DNA from: Dehalococcoidia bacterium
GTDB taxonomy: Bacteria > Chloroflexota > Dehalococcoidia > Lucifugimonadales > UBA2962
NCBI GenBank assembly: GCA_965116605.1
Contig: OZ220697.1
Coordinates: 10,956 to 74,955 of the forward strand
DNA: 64,000 bases
Direction: 5' to 3'
Part shown: piece by piece, positions 1 to 10,421 of the stretch
How positions within the stretch are numbered: position 1 is the stretch's first letter
How the letters are laid out: each line of letters opens with the position of its first letter
Notes under the pieces: generated by a model
The model's database searches: none
Seen by the model: the letters and a program-made list of their open reading frames with translations, nothing else
What the model was told of the DNA's origin: nothing
Program-made: the position numbers and the translations under genes

Positions 1-89
1 CCTGGAACCGGTCTCCGACTAGAATCGTTCAGCTCGCCGCGCTCAGGGTGGCGGCGTTGTGGGTGGCGGCGACCTTGTAAGGCACCCCC

Positions 90-926
90 GTGCATGTAAC
101 CATGGAAAGGTTGCTGCACGCGCAAGGCGCGGGAGGAAGTTTGACCACAGAGGCTAGGATCGCCCAGATCAGGGCGCAGAGGGCCAGGAAGCTCCAACAG
201 GTAAAGGTTCTGCGGCGTGAGGACGTCACACCCGATCTGCTCAAGATGTGGATCGAAAAACCGCAGGGCTTTTCCTTCAAGCCGGGCCAGTACTGCACGA
301 TCGGTATCGACGGCATCGAGCGCGCCTATTCGATCGTATCGGCCCCCTACGAGCCCGACCTGGAGCTGTTCGTAGAGCTGGTGCCGGTCGAGCACGGAGG
401 TGTGCTGACGCCCCTCATCTGGGACCTTGAGGAGGGCGACACGGTCTCGATTCGGCCGCGCGGCAAGGGTCTGTTCGTCTTCCAACCGGACTGGCGAAAC
501 CACCTGATGCTGGCCACCGTGACCGGCGTGGTGCCCTATGTGAGCATCCTCCGCCAGTACCTGCATGACCTTGAGGACTGGAGCGAGCGGGGCGCCGAGC
601 ACCACCTGTACGTTCTGATGGGCGCAAGCTACGCCTCGGAGTTCGTGTACGACGCCGAGCTGAGCGATCTGGCGGAGCGATATCCCGACCTGATCACCTT
701 CGTCCCTACCATAAGCCGGCCGGGTGAGCCTCGAAACGACGGGTGGACGGGCCAGACCGGACGGGCCAACCAGGTGGCTGAAGAGTACCTGGCCCGCTGG
801 AGCCTCGCGCCGGAGGACTCCCTGATATACGCGTGCGGCCACCCGGGCATGATCGAGGATGTGAAAGAACGCCTCCTACCCCGCGGATACACGGTGGAGG
901 AAGAGCGCTTCTGGAAAGAGGACTGA
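90..926 (+). CDS. Ferredoxin/flavodoxin-NADP+ reductase (FNR family)
   Basis: FKPGQY, RAYSIVS FAD motif, ATVTGVVPY, YACGHPGMI and C-terminal EERFW; start uncertain (90-141). Confidence 0.88.
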   Translation: MHVTMERLLHAQGAGGSLTTEARIAQIRAQRARKLQQVKVLRREDVTPDLLKMWIEKPQGFSFKPGQYCTIGIDGIERAYSIVSAPYEPDLELFVELVPVEHGGVLTPLIWDLEEGDTVSIRPRGKGLFVFQPDWRNHLMLATVTGVVPYVSILRQYLHDLEDWSERGAEHHLYVLMGASYASEFVYDAELSDLAERYPDLITFVPTISRPGEPRNDGWTGQTGRANQVAEEYLARWSLAPEDSLIYACGHPGMIEDVKERLLPRGYTVEEERFWKED

Positions 927-1022
927 TCCCCGTCCCGTAGCGTTCGACCCCGGTGCCGGGCCCTGGGACGAGCGGGGTAACCGTCGCCCCGGCGGAGCGG
1001 TGACCGGCCCGGGCCGCTGCCT

Positions 1023-1028
1023 TAAAAT
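1023..1028 (+). promoter_or_regulatory. -10 element of a probable leaderless mutS transcript
   Basis: TAAAAT 6 nt before ATG at 1035, no SD sequence. Confidence 0.55.
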
Positions 1029-1031
1029 GGC

Positions 1032-3596
1032 GTGATGAGCACCCCGGCTCGACGCCAGTACCTGCGGATAAAGGCCGAGCATCCTGACGACATCCTCCTG
1101 TTTCGGATGGGGGACTTTTACGAGACCTTCGACGAGGATGCCGAGGTAGTCGCCCGCGACCTGGAGATCGCCCTCACCTCGCGCGAGTTCGGCAAGGGTG
1201 AACGCGTGCCCCTCGCCGGCATCCCCTACCACGCTCTGGAGACCTATCTTGGCAGGCTGATCAGATGCGGCCACAGGGTCGCTCTCTGCGAGCAGACATC
1301 GGATCCTTCCACCTCAAAGGGCCTGGTCGACCGGGAGGTGGTAAGGGTCGTGACCCCCGGCACCGTGGTGGAGGAGTCGATTCTCGATCCGTCCGCCAAC
1401 AGCTACCTCGCCGCTGTCTTCCCCCATGAGGGCCAGGTGGGTCTCGCCTACGCCGACATCACGACCAGCGAGTTCGCGACCGGCCAGGTGGCGGCGGAAG
1501 GCCTGGCGGACGAACTGGCCAGGCTGGACCCGGCGGAGGTGCTGGTTCCGGAGGGCTCCGATCTGGCAATCGACGGGCGGCCGATCGTCGATCTGCCGCC
1601 GGGGGCCTTTGGGCTTGAGTCCGCGGCAGAAAAGCTCAAGCGGCACTTCGGCGTCCTGTCCCTCGAGGCGTTCGGGTGCGAGGGACTCCCGCTGGCGACG
1701 AGGGCGGCCGGCGCCATCGTTGACTACCTGGCCCGCAGCCATCGTGCCGGCCTGGAACGACTTGACAGCCTGAACACCTACTCGGTTGCCTCCTACATGG
1801 TTCTCGACCTTCAGACGATGCGCAATCTGGAGCTGTTTGAGGGTGGAAGATGGGGCAGGAGCGATGCTTCCCTCGCCTCGGTACTGGACGACACCAGGAC
1901 CGCAATGGGCGCTCGCCTGCTCCGGCGCTGGATTGGAAGGCCCCTTGTGGATCTCGACTGCCTGAGGGCGCGACAGGAGGTCGTGGAGTGGTTCCATTCC
2001 AGTGCCTTCAGGAGGCTGAGGGTGGCGGAACTGCTGTCTGGCATCTCGGATGTCGAGCGTCTCATGAACAGGGTGCGGGGAGGCTCGGCAGCGCCGCGGG
2101 ACCTGCTGGCGCTCAGGGACAGCCTTCATCTGGCGCCGCGGGTGCGCGAGCTGCTGGCGGGGCCCGAGGAAACGGGTCAGGTCGCATCGCTGGGCTCGCG
2201 GATAGGTGTGCACGAGGAGGTTGTTGGGCTGATCGGGGCGGCAATAGCCGATGACGCGTCCGCTTCCGTTGGCGAGGGCAGGGTCATCAGGCGTGGCTAC
2301 TCGGCCGAGCTGGATGGCATCAGGGACGGGGCAAAGGGCGCACGGGACTATATAGCGGGCCTCGAGGTCAGGGAGCGTGACCGCACCGGAATAAAGTCCC
2401 TGAAGGTCGGATACAACAAGGTGTTCGGCTACTACATAGAGGTCAGCAAGGCCAATGCGGACCGCGTCCCGCAGGACTACGTGCGCAGGCAGACCCTGGT
2501 CAACGCCGAGCGCTACGTTACTCCCGAGATGAAGGAGTACGAATCCCGGGTCCTCGCTGCCCAGGACCGCATCGCCGAGGTGGAGGTGTCGCTGTTTCGC
2601 AGCGTGTGTGCGGAGATCGGACGGTCGGCCGACGGCGTACTTGAGACGGGGCGTGCGCTGGCGCGGGTCGACGCGCTGCGATCGCTGGGCGAGGTGGCGG
2701 CGAGCAACGGGTACGTCATGCCCGAGCTCCATGAAGGTGCCAGTCTCGAGATAGAGCAGGGAAGGCATCCGGTGGTGGAGAAGATGCTTGCCGCCGGGCG
2801 ATTCGTGGCCAACGATGCCCGCCTGTCTACGCGCGACGAGCAACTGGTGATACTTACCGGTCCCAACATGGCGGGCAAGTCGACGTTTATCCGGCAGGTG
2901 GCGATCATCGTCCTGATGGCCCAGATAGGGAGCTTCGTCCCGGCCCGGCACGCCTCGGTCGGCACCGTGGACCGCATATTCACCAGGGTGGGGTTGCAGG
3001 ACGACCTGACCGTCGGCCAGTCGACCTTCATGGTCGAGATGGTGGAGACGGCGGCCATACTCAACCATGCCGGTCCCCGGTCCTTGATCGTGCTCGACGA
3101 GATCGGCAGGGGGACCTCGACCTACGACGGTCTGGCCATAGCCAGGGCGACGGCCGAGTACATACACAATCATCCCGCGCTAGGCTGCCGCACCCTGTTT
3201 GCCACCCACTACCACGAGCTGACGCGCCTGGCCGATACGCTTCCGAGGGTGCGCAACTACAACGTCTCGGTCGCCGAGGACGGTGGAGAGGTCGTGTTCT
3301 TACACCGCATCGTGCCCGGCGGGGCAGATCGCAGCTACGGGGTCCATGTGGCCAGGCTTGCGGGCCTGCCCTCCGGGGTAATAAATCGTGCCTGGGACGT
3401 TCTATCCGAGCTGGAGGGCTCCGAGTCGCGCAATGGACCCCCTCCCAAGACCGGGCCGCCTCAGCAGCTCAGCTTCCTGGGGCCGCCGTCGGCGGTCGTG
3501 GACGAGCTGTTGTCGATCGACCCATCGGCGATGACGCCCCTTGAGGCGATCGCAAAGCTGTACGAGCTCAAGGAGAGGGCGAGCAAGCAGCCGTGA
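1032..3596 (+). CDS. mutS: DNA mismatch repair protein MutS
   Basis: FRMGDFYETF mismatch-binding motif, GPNMAGKST Walker A, DEIGRGTST, FATHYHEL, C-terminal QQLSF clamp-binding motif. Confidence 0.98.
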   Translation: MMSTPARRQYLRIKAEHPDDILLFRMGDFYETFDEDAEVVARDLEIALTSREFGKGERVPLAGIPYHALETYLGRLIRCGHRVALCEQTSDPSTSKGLVDREVVRVVTPGTVVEESILDPSANSYLAAVFPHEGQVGLAYADITTSEFATGQVAAEGLADELARLDPAEVLVPEGSDLAIDGRPIVDLPPGAFGLESAAEKLKRHFGVLSLEAFGCEGLPLATRAAGAIVDYLARSHRAGLERLDSLNTYSVASYMVLDLQTMRNLELFEGGRWGRSDASLASVLDDTRTAMGARLLRRWIGRPLVDLDCLRARQEVVEWFHSSAFRRLRVAELLSGISDVERLMNRVRGGSAAPRDLLALRDSLHLAPRVRELLAGPEETGQVASLGSRIGVHEEVVGLIGAAIADDASASVGEGRVIRRGYSAELDGIRDGAKGARDYIAGLEVRERDRTGIKSLKVGYNKVFGYYIEVSKANADRVPQDYVRRQTLVNAERYVTPEMKEYESRVLAAQDRIAEVEVSLFRSVCAEIGRSADGVLETGRALARVDALRSLGEVAASNGYVMPELHEGASLEIEQGRHPVVEKMLAAGRFVANDARLSTRDEQLVILTGPNMAGKSTFIRQVAIIVLMAQIGSFVPARHASVGTVDRIFTRVGLQDDLTVGQSTFMVEMVETAAILNHAGPRSLIVLDEIGRGTSTYDGLAIARATAEYIHNHPALGCRTLFATHYHELTRLADTLPRVRNYNVSVAEDGGEVVFLHRIVPGGADRSYGVHVARLAGLPSGVINRAWDVLSELEGSESRNGPPPKTGPPQQLSFLGPPSAVVDELLSIDPSAMTPLEAIAKLYELKERASKQP

Positions 3597-3708
3597 CCGG
3601 CGGGGGCTCAGAGGACGGCCTTATAATCTGCACGCGATGCGAGGCAAGTTTGAATCTGGTTAGACGGGCCGGATCGTTGTATGGTCCGGGTTGCGAGGAG
3701 GTGACGAC

Positions 3709-4503
3709 ATGCAGCTAACCGCACTGCCCAAGGCTCCGGCCGAGGTCAGACAACTCATCCGGACGGGCGAAGTGAACGAGACTACCGCGGGCATGGCCCC
3801 GGGGCACGTACAGGCCAACCTGGTTGTACTGCCCACCGATATGGCCTTTGAGTTCATGCTCTTTTGCCAGCGCAATCCCAAGCCCTGTCCGCTGCTGGAG
3901 GTCACCGAGCCGGGAGACTACCGGCCGCGACGCCTGGCGCCCGACGCCGACCTCAGGTTCGATATACCCAGGTACAGGGTCTACAGGTACGGTGAGCTCG
4001 AGGCCGAGGTGACGGACATCGACTCGTACTGGCGTGACGACCTGGTCGCCTTCCTGCTCGGGTGCAGCTTTTCCTTCGAGTCCGCCCTGATGCGGGCGGG
4101 TATAGAGATGAGGCACATCGACTGCGGCTCGACCGTTCCGATGTACATCACCAACATTCAGGCCGAGCCGGCCGGTTCCCTCTCGGGGCCCATGGTCGTG
4201 TCGATGAGGCCGATCGTCAGAGACCATGTGGTGCGAGCCACTCAGGTTACCTCCAGGTTCCCCGCAGTCCATGGCGCTCCGGTACACATTGGAGACCCGG
4301 GGGCCATAGGTATACGGGACGTCGGCAGCCCTGACCTCGGCGAACCAACGGAGATCAGGGAGGACGAGGTGCCCGTGTTCTGGGCATGCGGGGTGACACC
4401 CCAGGCGGTGGCGATGAATTCCAAGCCCCCGCTGATGATCACCCACTCGCCCGGTTACATGTTCATCACCGACGCCGTCGACGAGGACTACGCGGTATTC
4501 TGA
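3709..4503 (+). CDS. DUF1445 putative hydro-lyase (D-glutamate cyclase N-terminal-like)
   Basis: QANLVVLP, FCQRNPKPCPLLEV, GCSFSFE, HGAPVHIG, FWACGVTPQ, THSPGYM; SD GAGGAGG before ATG 3709. Confidence 0.9.
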   Translation: MQLTALPKAPAEVRQLIRTGEVNETTAGMAPGHVQANLVVLPTDMAFEFMLFCQRNPKPCPLLEVTEPGDYRPRRLAPDADLRFDIPRYRVYRYGELEAEVTDIDSYWRDDLVAFLLGCSFSFESALMRAGIEMRHIDCGSTVPMYITNIQAEPAGSLSGPMVVSMRPIVRDHVVRATQVTSRFPAVHGAPVHIGDPGAIGIRDVGSPDLGEPTEIREDEVPVFWACGVTPQAVAMNSKPPLMITHSPGYMFITDAVDEDYAVF

Positions 4504-4532
4504 CCGCTTCCGCGGCGGCGCTGTTAGGAGAG

Positions 4533-5393
4533 ATGGTGGAGACTATAGAAGATATCGTTTTGGACCATGACCGCCGGGGCATATCGGCGCTCAGGCCGCG
4601 ACTCAGCCCCGACTTTTGCACCCGCGCGGCAGACCTGATCCTTGACTCCCCGGGGACGGCGTTCATCGTGACGGGGTTCTACATCCTGGACGCGGGGGCC
4701 GGTGAGACCGACGGGCCCCCGGGGGCCGTGGTGATAGGCGAGGGTCTGGCCGCTCTCGGGTACAAGGTGATCTATGTGTCCGACCGCTACGCCGTCCCCC
4801 AGATCGAGCAGACGATAGGGGATGCGGCCGGCGTGGTGGAGTTTCCCATAGCCTCGGAAGAGGAGAGTGAGGAGTTCGCGGTCGACCTGCTTTCCCAGCA
4901 CTCGCCGTCGGTGGTGATTGCCATAGAGCGGTGCGGCATGACCGACGAGGGGAAGTTCCGAAACATGCGCGGCAGGGATATCACCGACTACAACGCCAAG
5001 ACCGACTTCCTGTTCGGGCCGCACGACCGCACCGTGGGCGTGGGCGATGGGGGTAACGAGATCGGCATGGGCAACCATGCGGACCTGGTCGCCTCAACGG
5101 AACAGCTGGTCGGTAAGCCATGCATTACAAGGACCACCGAGCTTGTCATTGCCAGCACCTCTAACTGGGGAGGCTACGGTCTGGTAGCCGCCCTGTCGGA
5201 GCGGTCGGGCAGGAACGTACTGGCCTCCGTGGAGCGCGAAAGGGAGATCCTGGAGAGCTTTGTAGAGGCGGGACTGGTCGATGGCATGACCGGTCGGCAG
5301 GAGCCGATGGTGGACGGCTTTTCCCAGGAGGAGAATTCCGCCATGGTGCTCCGGCTCCACGAGTACCTCGAGGCGCGGGGGGTTCCGGCCTAG
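4533..5393 (+). CDS. DUF4392 domain protein (D-glutamate cyclase C-terminal-like)
   Basis: TGF..ETDGPPGA, IERCG, NMRG, GVGDGGNEIGMG, SNWGGY; SD AGGAG before ATG 4533. Confidence 0.85.
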   Translation: MVETIEDIVLDHDRRGISALRPRLSPDFCTRAADLILDSPGTAFIVTGFYILDAGAGETDGPPGAVVIGEGLAALGYKVIYVSDRYAVPQIEQTIGDAAGVVEFPIASEEESEEFAVDLLSQHSPSVVIAIERCGMTDEGKFRNMRGRDITDYNAKTDFLFGPHDRTVGVGDGGNEIGMGNHADLVASTEQLVGKPCITRTTELVIASTSNWGGYGLVAALSERSGRNVLASVEREREILESFVEAGLVDGMTGRQEPMVDGFSQEENSAMVLRLHEYLEARGVPA

Positions 5394-5453
5394 ACGGCGA
5401 GAGCGGGCGGGCCTGGCCCGGCTCGCAGCACTGGCGGGCGGAGTGCCCGGAGG

Positions 5454-6353
5454 GTGGCAGAGGGTAAAGGCGACGGGCCCGGAGAGCAGCAGTTGAGGCC
5501 CGCCGTGCCCACCCGCGCTCTGATCTGGATCGTCGGTGCGGTGGTGCTGGCCGCCCTGATAGCGGCCCTTGCGAGACAGGCTGGTTTGCTGGACAGGTAC
5601 TTAATCTTCTTCCCTGAAAGCGAGGTGCTCGCCACTCCGGGCGACTACGGCCTGGCCTATGAGGACGTCTGGCTGGAGACCCGTGACGGCGTTCGGCTCC
5701 ATGGGTGGATCGTGCGGCCCGCCGCCTCGCCCGGCGGGTCGACCCGCGTGGTGCTCTGGCTGCACGGCAACTCCGGCAATATCGGGCACAGGGCGGCGGC
5801 CGTGGCTGCGATGGCCCGGGGAATCGGGGTCCCGGTGATGATCATCGACTACAGGGGCTACGGGCAAAGCGAGGGTTCGCCGGCCGAAGAGGGGCTGTAC
5901 CGTGACGCCGAGGCGGCGTACGACTATCTGGCGGCCCGCCCGGAGTTCTCCGGTTCGTCGATCGTCGCGTTCGGCCGCTCGCTTGGCGCAGCTGTTGCGG
6001 TAGAGCTGGCGATCCGCCGGCAGGTCGAGGCGCTGGTTCTGGAGTCGCCGTTCACCTCCGTGTCGGAGATGGCGCGACTCAGGAATCGATTCCTTCCGTC
6101 AGGGCTGCTTGTCCGCGCGCGATTCGACACCCTTGCCAAGATGCCCGAGGTGCGAGCACCGGTCCTGGTCTTTCACGGCACGGACGATGAGATCGTGCCC
6201 GTCGATATGGGCCGCCGGGTCCACGAGGCGGCTCCTGGACGAAAGCGCCTGTACCTGCTGGAAGGCGCAATGCACAATGATCCCCACCACGAGCCCGGGG
6301 CACCGTACTACTCGGTGCTCAGCGATTTCCTGGAAGGGGGGTCCGGCGGGTAG
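5454..6353 (+). CDS. Membrane-anchored alpha/beta hydrolase (ABHD13/BEM46-like)
   Basis: N-terminal hydrophobic helix, HGNSGN, DYRGYG, GRSLG nucleophile, HGTDDEIVP, HND. Confidence 0.88.
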   Translation: MAEGKGDGPGEQQLRPAVPTRALIWIVGAVVLAALIAALARQAGLLDRYLIFFPESEVLATPGDYGLAYEDVWLETRDGVRLHGWIVRPAASPGGSTRVVLWLHGNSGNIGHRAAAVAAMARGIGVPVMIIDYRGYGQSEGSPAEEGLYRDAEAAYDYLAARPEFSGSSIVAFGRSLGAAVAVELAIRRQVEALVLESPFTSVSEMARLRNRFLPSGLLVRARFDTLAKMPEVRAPVLVFHGTDDEIVPVDMGRRVHEAAPGRKRLYLLEGAMHNDPHHEPGAPYYSVLSDFLEGGSGG

Positions 6354-6355
6354 TT

Positions 6356-6634
6356 CTAGGAGTCGGACGCGGGGTGCGCGTCCCCCTGCGCTGCGGCGAG
6401 CTGCTTCATGATGCGCGACTTGCGGCGGCTGGCGTTACCCCGGTGCAGGGCACCCTTCTTGGCCGCCCTGTCGAGGGCCATGACAGCACTGCGCACCTGG
6501 CTCTCGGCCGCAGGCATGTCGCCATCGGCGATCGCGGCTCGTGCCTTGGCGATGTGAGTCTTGGCTCGGCTTCGCAGCGGTCCGGTCCTGGCCTGTCGGC
6601 GGGCCGATGTTCTATGTGATTTGGCGCTGGGCAA
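6356..6634 (-). CDS. rpsT: 30S ribosomal protein S20
   Basis: Basic 92 aa with LDRAAKKGALHRGNASRRKSR. Confidence 0.93.
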   Translation of the reverse strand: MPSAKSHRTSARRQARTGPLRSRAKTHIAKARAAIADGDMPAAESQVRSAVMALDRAAKKGALHRGNASRRKSRIMKQLAAAQGDAHPASDS

Positions 6635-6653
6635 TTGGGAATTCTCCTGGCGG

Positions 6654-8918
6654 TCACCCCGGGAGGACGGGCTGTTCCAACAACCTGGCCACGCTGATGA
6701 CGCCCCTGATGCCCTCGAGCTTGGCGAACAGTCGATTCAACTGGCCGATCCCCTTGATGTAGACGGTCATCGAGATGATGCTCCGATCCTCTACCTCGCG
6801 GGTGACGCAATAGGCAATGTTAACATGCTCCTCCGAGACCAGGGACGTCGCGTCCTTGAGAAGTCCGACCCTGTCGTACGCCTCGATCTGGATGTTGACC
6901 GGATAGAGCGTCTGCGTGCGACCCCAGCTCACCTCTATCAGCCGCTCCTGCACGCTTTCGGCGGCGATGTTGGGGCAGTCCTGGCGGTGAACCGTGACAC
7001 CCCTGCTGCGGGTGATGTATCCGATGATGGCGTCGCCCCGGATCGGCTGGCAGCAGCGGGCGATGCGAGTGAGCAGATCGCCAACGCCAAGTACCTCGAT
7101 GCCGGCCGCAGGACCGGTTGGCGTGAGCGGGAGAGGCCTCGCCTCCTGTGGGGCGACCTCCTCCGATGACAGCCGGTTGGCGATCTGCGAGACGGTCACC
7201 GAGCCCACCCCGAGCGAGTAGTACAGCTCGTCCGCCGAGTCCATGCCCAACAGCGTTGCGATCTGCTCGTCGTCCATGCCGGTGGTCAGCCGCCTGATCT
7301 GACGGCTGTAGAGCTCCTTGCCCCGCTGCACGTTGATGCGCCGCTCCTGCCGATTGAACCACTGGCGTATCTTCTGCCTGGCGGAGCTGGTCTTTACGTA
7401 TCCGAGGTTGGGATTGAGCCAGTCCAGGCTCGGCCCCCTGACGGTCTTGCTGGTGACTATGTGCACGGTGTCGCCGTTGCGAAGGGCGTACTGGAGTGGT
7501 ACCAGCTTGCCGTTGACCTGCGCGCCTACGCAGCGGTGGCCGATGTCTGTGTGGATGCGGTAGGCGAAGTCGAGGGGCGTTGAGCCGGCCGGCAGCTCCT
7601 TTACGTCGCCGTTGGGCGTGTAGACGTAGACCTGGTTGTCGAAGATGTCGGTCTTGAACGATTCGACCAGCTCCTCCGCACCCGTGACCTCCCGCTGCCA
7701 GTCCAGCAGCTGCCGAAGCCAGGTCATCTTCTTTTCGAACTGGGTGTCGGTGGGATGGCCTTCCTTGTAGAGCCAGTGTGCTGCTACGCCGTACTCGGCG
7801 ACCTGGTGCATGTCGTGGGTGCGGATCTGAATCTCGACGGGAGAGGCGCCTTCGCACAGCACCGTGGTGTGCAGTGACTGATAGAGGTTGTCCTTGGCGT
7901 TGGCTATGTAGTCGTCGAACTGGTTGGGCAGCGGACGCCACAGGGAGTGGACGACCCCGAGAGCGGCGTAGCAGTCGGAGACCTCTCGCACGTAGACCCG
8001 CAGGGCAAACAGATCGTAGATGTCGCCCATCGACATGTTCTGGGATTCGTACTTCTGGGCCTTTTTGTGGATCGAGTAGATGTGCTTGGGCCTGCCGGTC
8101 ACCTCCGCATCGATGCCCGCCGCTTCCAGGGAACCCGCGAGGGTGCTGCGGACCCGTTCGACGTATTGCTCGCGCTCGGTGCGCTTTGATTGCAGCATCT
8201 TGGAGATCTCGCGGTAGGCGGGCGGATTGATGTGCCTGAAGGCCAGGTCCTCCAGCCTCCACTTGATCTCCCAGATTCCCAGACGATGGGCCAGGGGCGC
8301 GTATATGTCCAGGGTCTCCTGGGCGATGGCGACTCTCCTGACCTTGTTGTGTGCCGTCAGGGTCCGCATGTTGTGGAGCCTGTCTGCCAGCTTTATCAGT
8401 ACGACCCTGATGTCCTCTGCCATCGACATCAGCATCTTCCGCAGGCTCTCTACCCTGACCCGTTCCTTCTCCGTCATCTCCTTGGAGAAGGCCGACATGT
8501 CCGGGTCGGCGTCGGCCGGCCGGTCGGCGCCGGTTCCGTTGGTGAGCAGGTCGGCGTCGGCGGCGAGCTCGGCCAGTACCGAGGCCTCCCTGTTGGCGAA
8601 CGCCTCGTTCTTGGTGAGTTTGGACACACCCTCTACCAGCTTCGCCACCTCGTTTCCGAACCGGGTCTCCAGCTCCTCAAAGGAGATGTCGCAGTCCTCT
8701 ATGACGTCGTGCAGCAGGGCGGCGGCAAGGGCGTTCGGATCGAGCTTTAGGTCCGCAAGGAACATCGCCGTCTGAAGCGGATGCTCGATGAACGGCTCCC
8801 CTGAAAGGCGGGTCTGGCCTGCGTGAGCCTCGTCGGCGAACTCGTAGGCATCGACGATCAGATCGATCTTGTCGTCGGGAAGGTACTTGCGTGCCTTCTT
8901 CAGCAGGGCTTCTACCAT
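6654..8918 (-). CDS. relA: Bifunctional (p)ppGpp synthetase/hydrolase (long RSH)
   Basis: LLHDVIED HD domain, KLADRLHNMRTL, GRPKHIYSI, YQSLHT, EIQIRT, TGS, CC and ACT domains. Confidence 0.96.
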   Translation of the reverse strand: MVEALLKKARKYLPDDKIDLIVDAYEFADEAHAGQTRLSGEPFIEHPLQTAMFLADLKLDPNALAAALLHDVIEDCDISFEELETRFGNEVAKLVEGVSKLTKNEAFANREASVLAELAADADLLTNGTGADRPADADPDMSAFSKEMTEKERVRVESLRKMLMSMAEDIRVVLIKLADRLHNMRTLTAHNKVRRVAIAQETLDIYAPLAHRLGIWEIKWRLEDLAFRHINPPAYREISKMLQSKRTEREQYVERVRSTLAGSLEAAGIDAEVTGRPKHIYSIHKKAQKYESQNMSMGDIYDLFALRVYVREVSDCYAALGVVHSLWRPLPNQFDDYIANAKDNLYQSLHTTVLCEGASPVEIQIRTHDMHQVAEYGVAAHWLYKEGHPTDTQFEKKMTWLRQLLDWQREVTGAEELVESFKTDIFDNQVYVYTPNGDVKELPAGSTPLDFAYRIHTDIGHRCVGAQVNGKLVPLQYALRNGDTVHIVTSKTVRGPSLDWLNPNLGYVKTSSARQKIRQWFNRQERRINVQRGKELYSRQIRRLTTGMDDEQIATLLGMDSADELYYSLGVGSVTVSQIANRLSSEEVAPQEARPLPLTPTGPAAGIEVLGVGDLLTRIARCCQPIRGDAIIGYITRSRGVTVHRQDCPNIAAESVQERLIEVSWGRTQTLYPVNIQIEAYDRVGLLKDATSLVSEEHVNIAYCVTREVEDRSIISMTVYIKGIGQLNRLFAKLEGIRGVISVARLLEQPVLPG

Positions 8919-9129
8919 GATCCTAGCTTGATTATACCCGTACCCGGGCCGTTTGAGCCCGTCCGGATCTCATGGAACCGTCTCCGCTCTGGCATGCGCT
9001 CGCTCCCTTGCCCACCACCTTCAGAGCTCGGGCCGGCCGGCGGTCTACCCTGAGACCGCTCGATGAGGCGTACCATTGGGAAGACTGTATGCAACGGTGC
9101 GGTCAACTCTGCATGGTGCCGATCAAACA

Positions 9130-10419
9130 GTGAGATTTCAGGCCCCAAGGGGCACATATGATCGTCTCCCCGGAGACCAGGCTCCCTGGGATCTGGTAGT
9201 GGGTGCCGCCCGCCGGAACGCCGATAGGTTCGGATACGGACGCATTGACACCCCCGCGTTCGAGGATGCCAGGCTCTTTGTCCGCGGGGTCGGACAGGTT
9301 ACGGACATCGTAGAGAAGGAGACGTATACATTCGAGGACCGTGGCGGCGATCCGCTGACGCTCAGGGCTGAGGGTACGGCACCGGTGTGTCGGGCCTACC
9401 TTGAGCACGGCATGCACAATCTGCCGCAGCCGGTCAGGCTCTACTACTTCTGCCCGGTCTTTCGTTACGAGAGGCCCCAGTCCGGCAGGTACCGCCAGCA
9501 TCACCAGTTCGGCATTGAGGTCATCGGGGGCCCGGAGCCGGAGGTCGACGCCGAGGTCATTGAGTTGGGTTGGAGCCTTCTCGAGGGGCTGGGCATCGGT
9601 CGGCTCAGGCTGCTGGTCAATACGATGGGTGACTTGGAGACGCGTGAGGGCTACGTGGCGATCCTGCAGCGCTACTTTCGCGACAACGTGGATCACGTCC
9701 CGCAGGAGATAAGGGCGCGGATTGAGACCAATCCACTGCGCGTGCTCGACTCCAAGGACCCACGCATGGCCGAGCTGAAGAAGGAAGCGCCCCGGCCCGT
9801 GGACCACCTCGGGCCGGAGGCGGCCGATCACTGGAGGGCCCTGCTCGGCCACCTTGATGCCCTGGGCTTGCCCTACGAGGTTGAGCATTCCATGGTCCGG
9901 GGGTTCGACTACTACACCCGCACCGTCTTTGAGATCGTGCCCGTTGATGCTGGCAGCCAGAGCACCATAATCGGTGGCGGTCGCTACGATGGCCTGATCG
10001 AACAGCTCGGGGGACGTCCCACTCCGGGCATCGGGTTCGGTATGGGCATAGAGCGCGTCGTCGCCCACCTGGGCTCGAACCAGGCGGGGGCGCCCGCAGA
10101 TGCCCTGAAGGTGGTCGTCGCTCACGTGGGGGGCCCCGCTCGGGGTGAGGCGGTGACGATCGCATCGGGTCTGCGCAGGGCGGGAGTGGCGGCGGTTGTG
10201 GCGCCATCACGCGGGCTGAAGAGCCAGATGCGCTACGCATCGTCGGTCGATGCCTCCCATGCTGTCATCGTGGGCGAGGACGAGATGCGCGCAGGCACGG
10301 CGACGGTGCGCGACCTGGCGGCGGGGGAGCAGCTGTCGATGTCGCGCGAGGTCCTGCCTGTCTGGCTCACTGAGCGCTCCGGGAGTGCCGTACGCGGGGC
10401 GGCGGCAGGGAGCTCATAG
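9130..10419 (+). CDS. hisS: Histidine--tRNA ligase
   Basis: APRGTYD, LRAEGTAPV, FRYERPQSGRYRQHHQ, RGFDYY, GGGRYDGL; GTG start inferred. Confidence 0.97.
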   Translation: MRFQAPRGTYDRLPGDQAPWDLVVGAARRNADRFGYGRIDTPAFEDARLFVRGVGQVTDIVEKETYTFEDRGGDPLTLRAEGTAPVCRAYLEHGMHNLPQPVRLYYFCPVFRYERPQSGRYRQHHQFGIEVIGGPEPEVDAEVIELGWSLLEGLGIGRLRLLVNTMGDLETREGYVAILQRYFRDNVDHVPQEIRARIETNPLRVLDSKDPRMAELKKEAPRPVDHLGPEAADHWRALLGHLDALGLPYEVEHSMVRGFDYYTRTVFEIVPVDAGSQSTIIGGGRYDGLIEQLGGRPTPGIGFGMGIERVVAHLGSNQAGAPADALKVVVAHVGGPARGEAVTIASGLRRAGVAAVVAPSRGLKSQMRYASSVDASHAVIVGEDEMRAGTATVRDLAAGEQLSMSREVLPVWLTERSGSAVRGAAAGSS

Positions 10420-10421
10420 GC

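Noticed and set aside
1314-3173. 619-aa antisense ORF in mutS, and similar long shadow ORFs (6820-8262, 9103-10125, 33391-34533, 52522-53415)
   Set aside because: They overlap well-supported genes, lack motifs, and are expected from stop-codon scarcity at high GC
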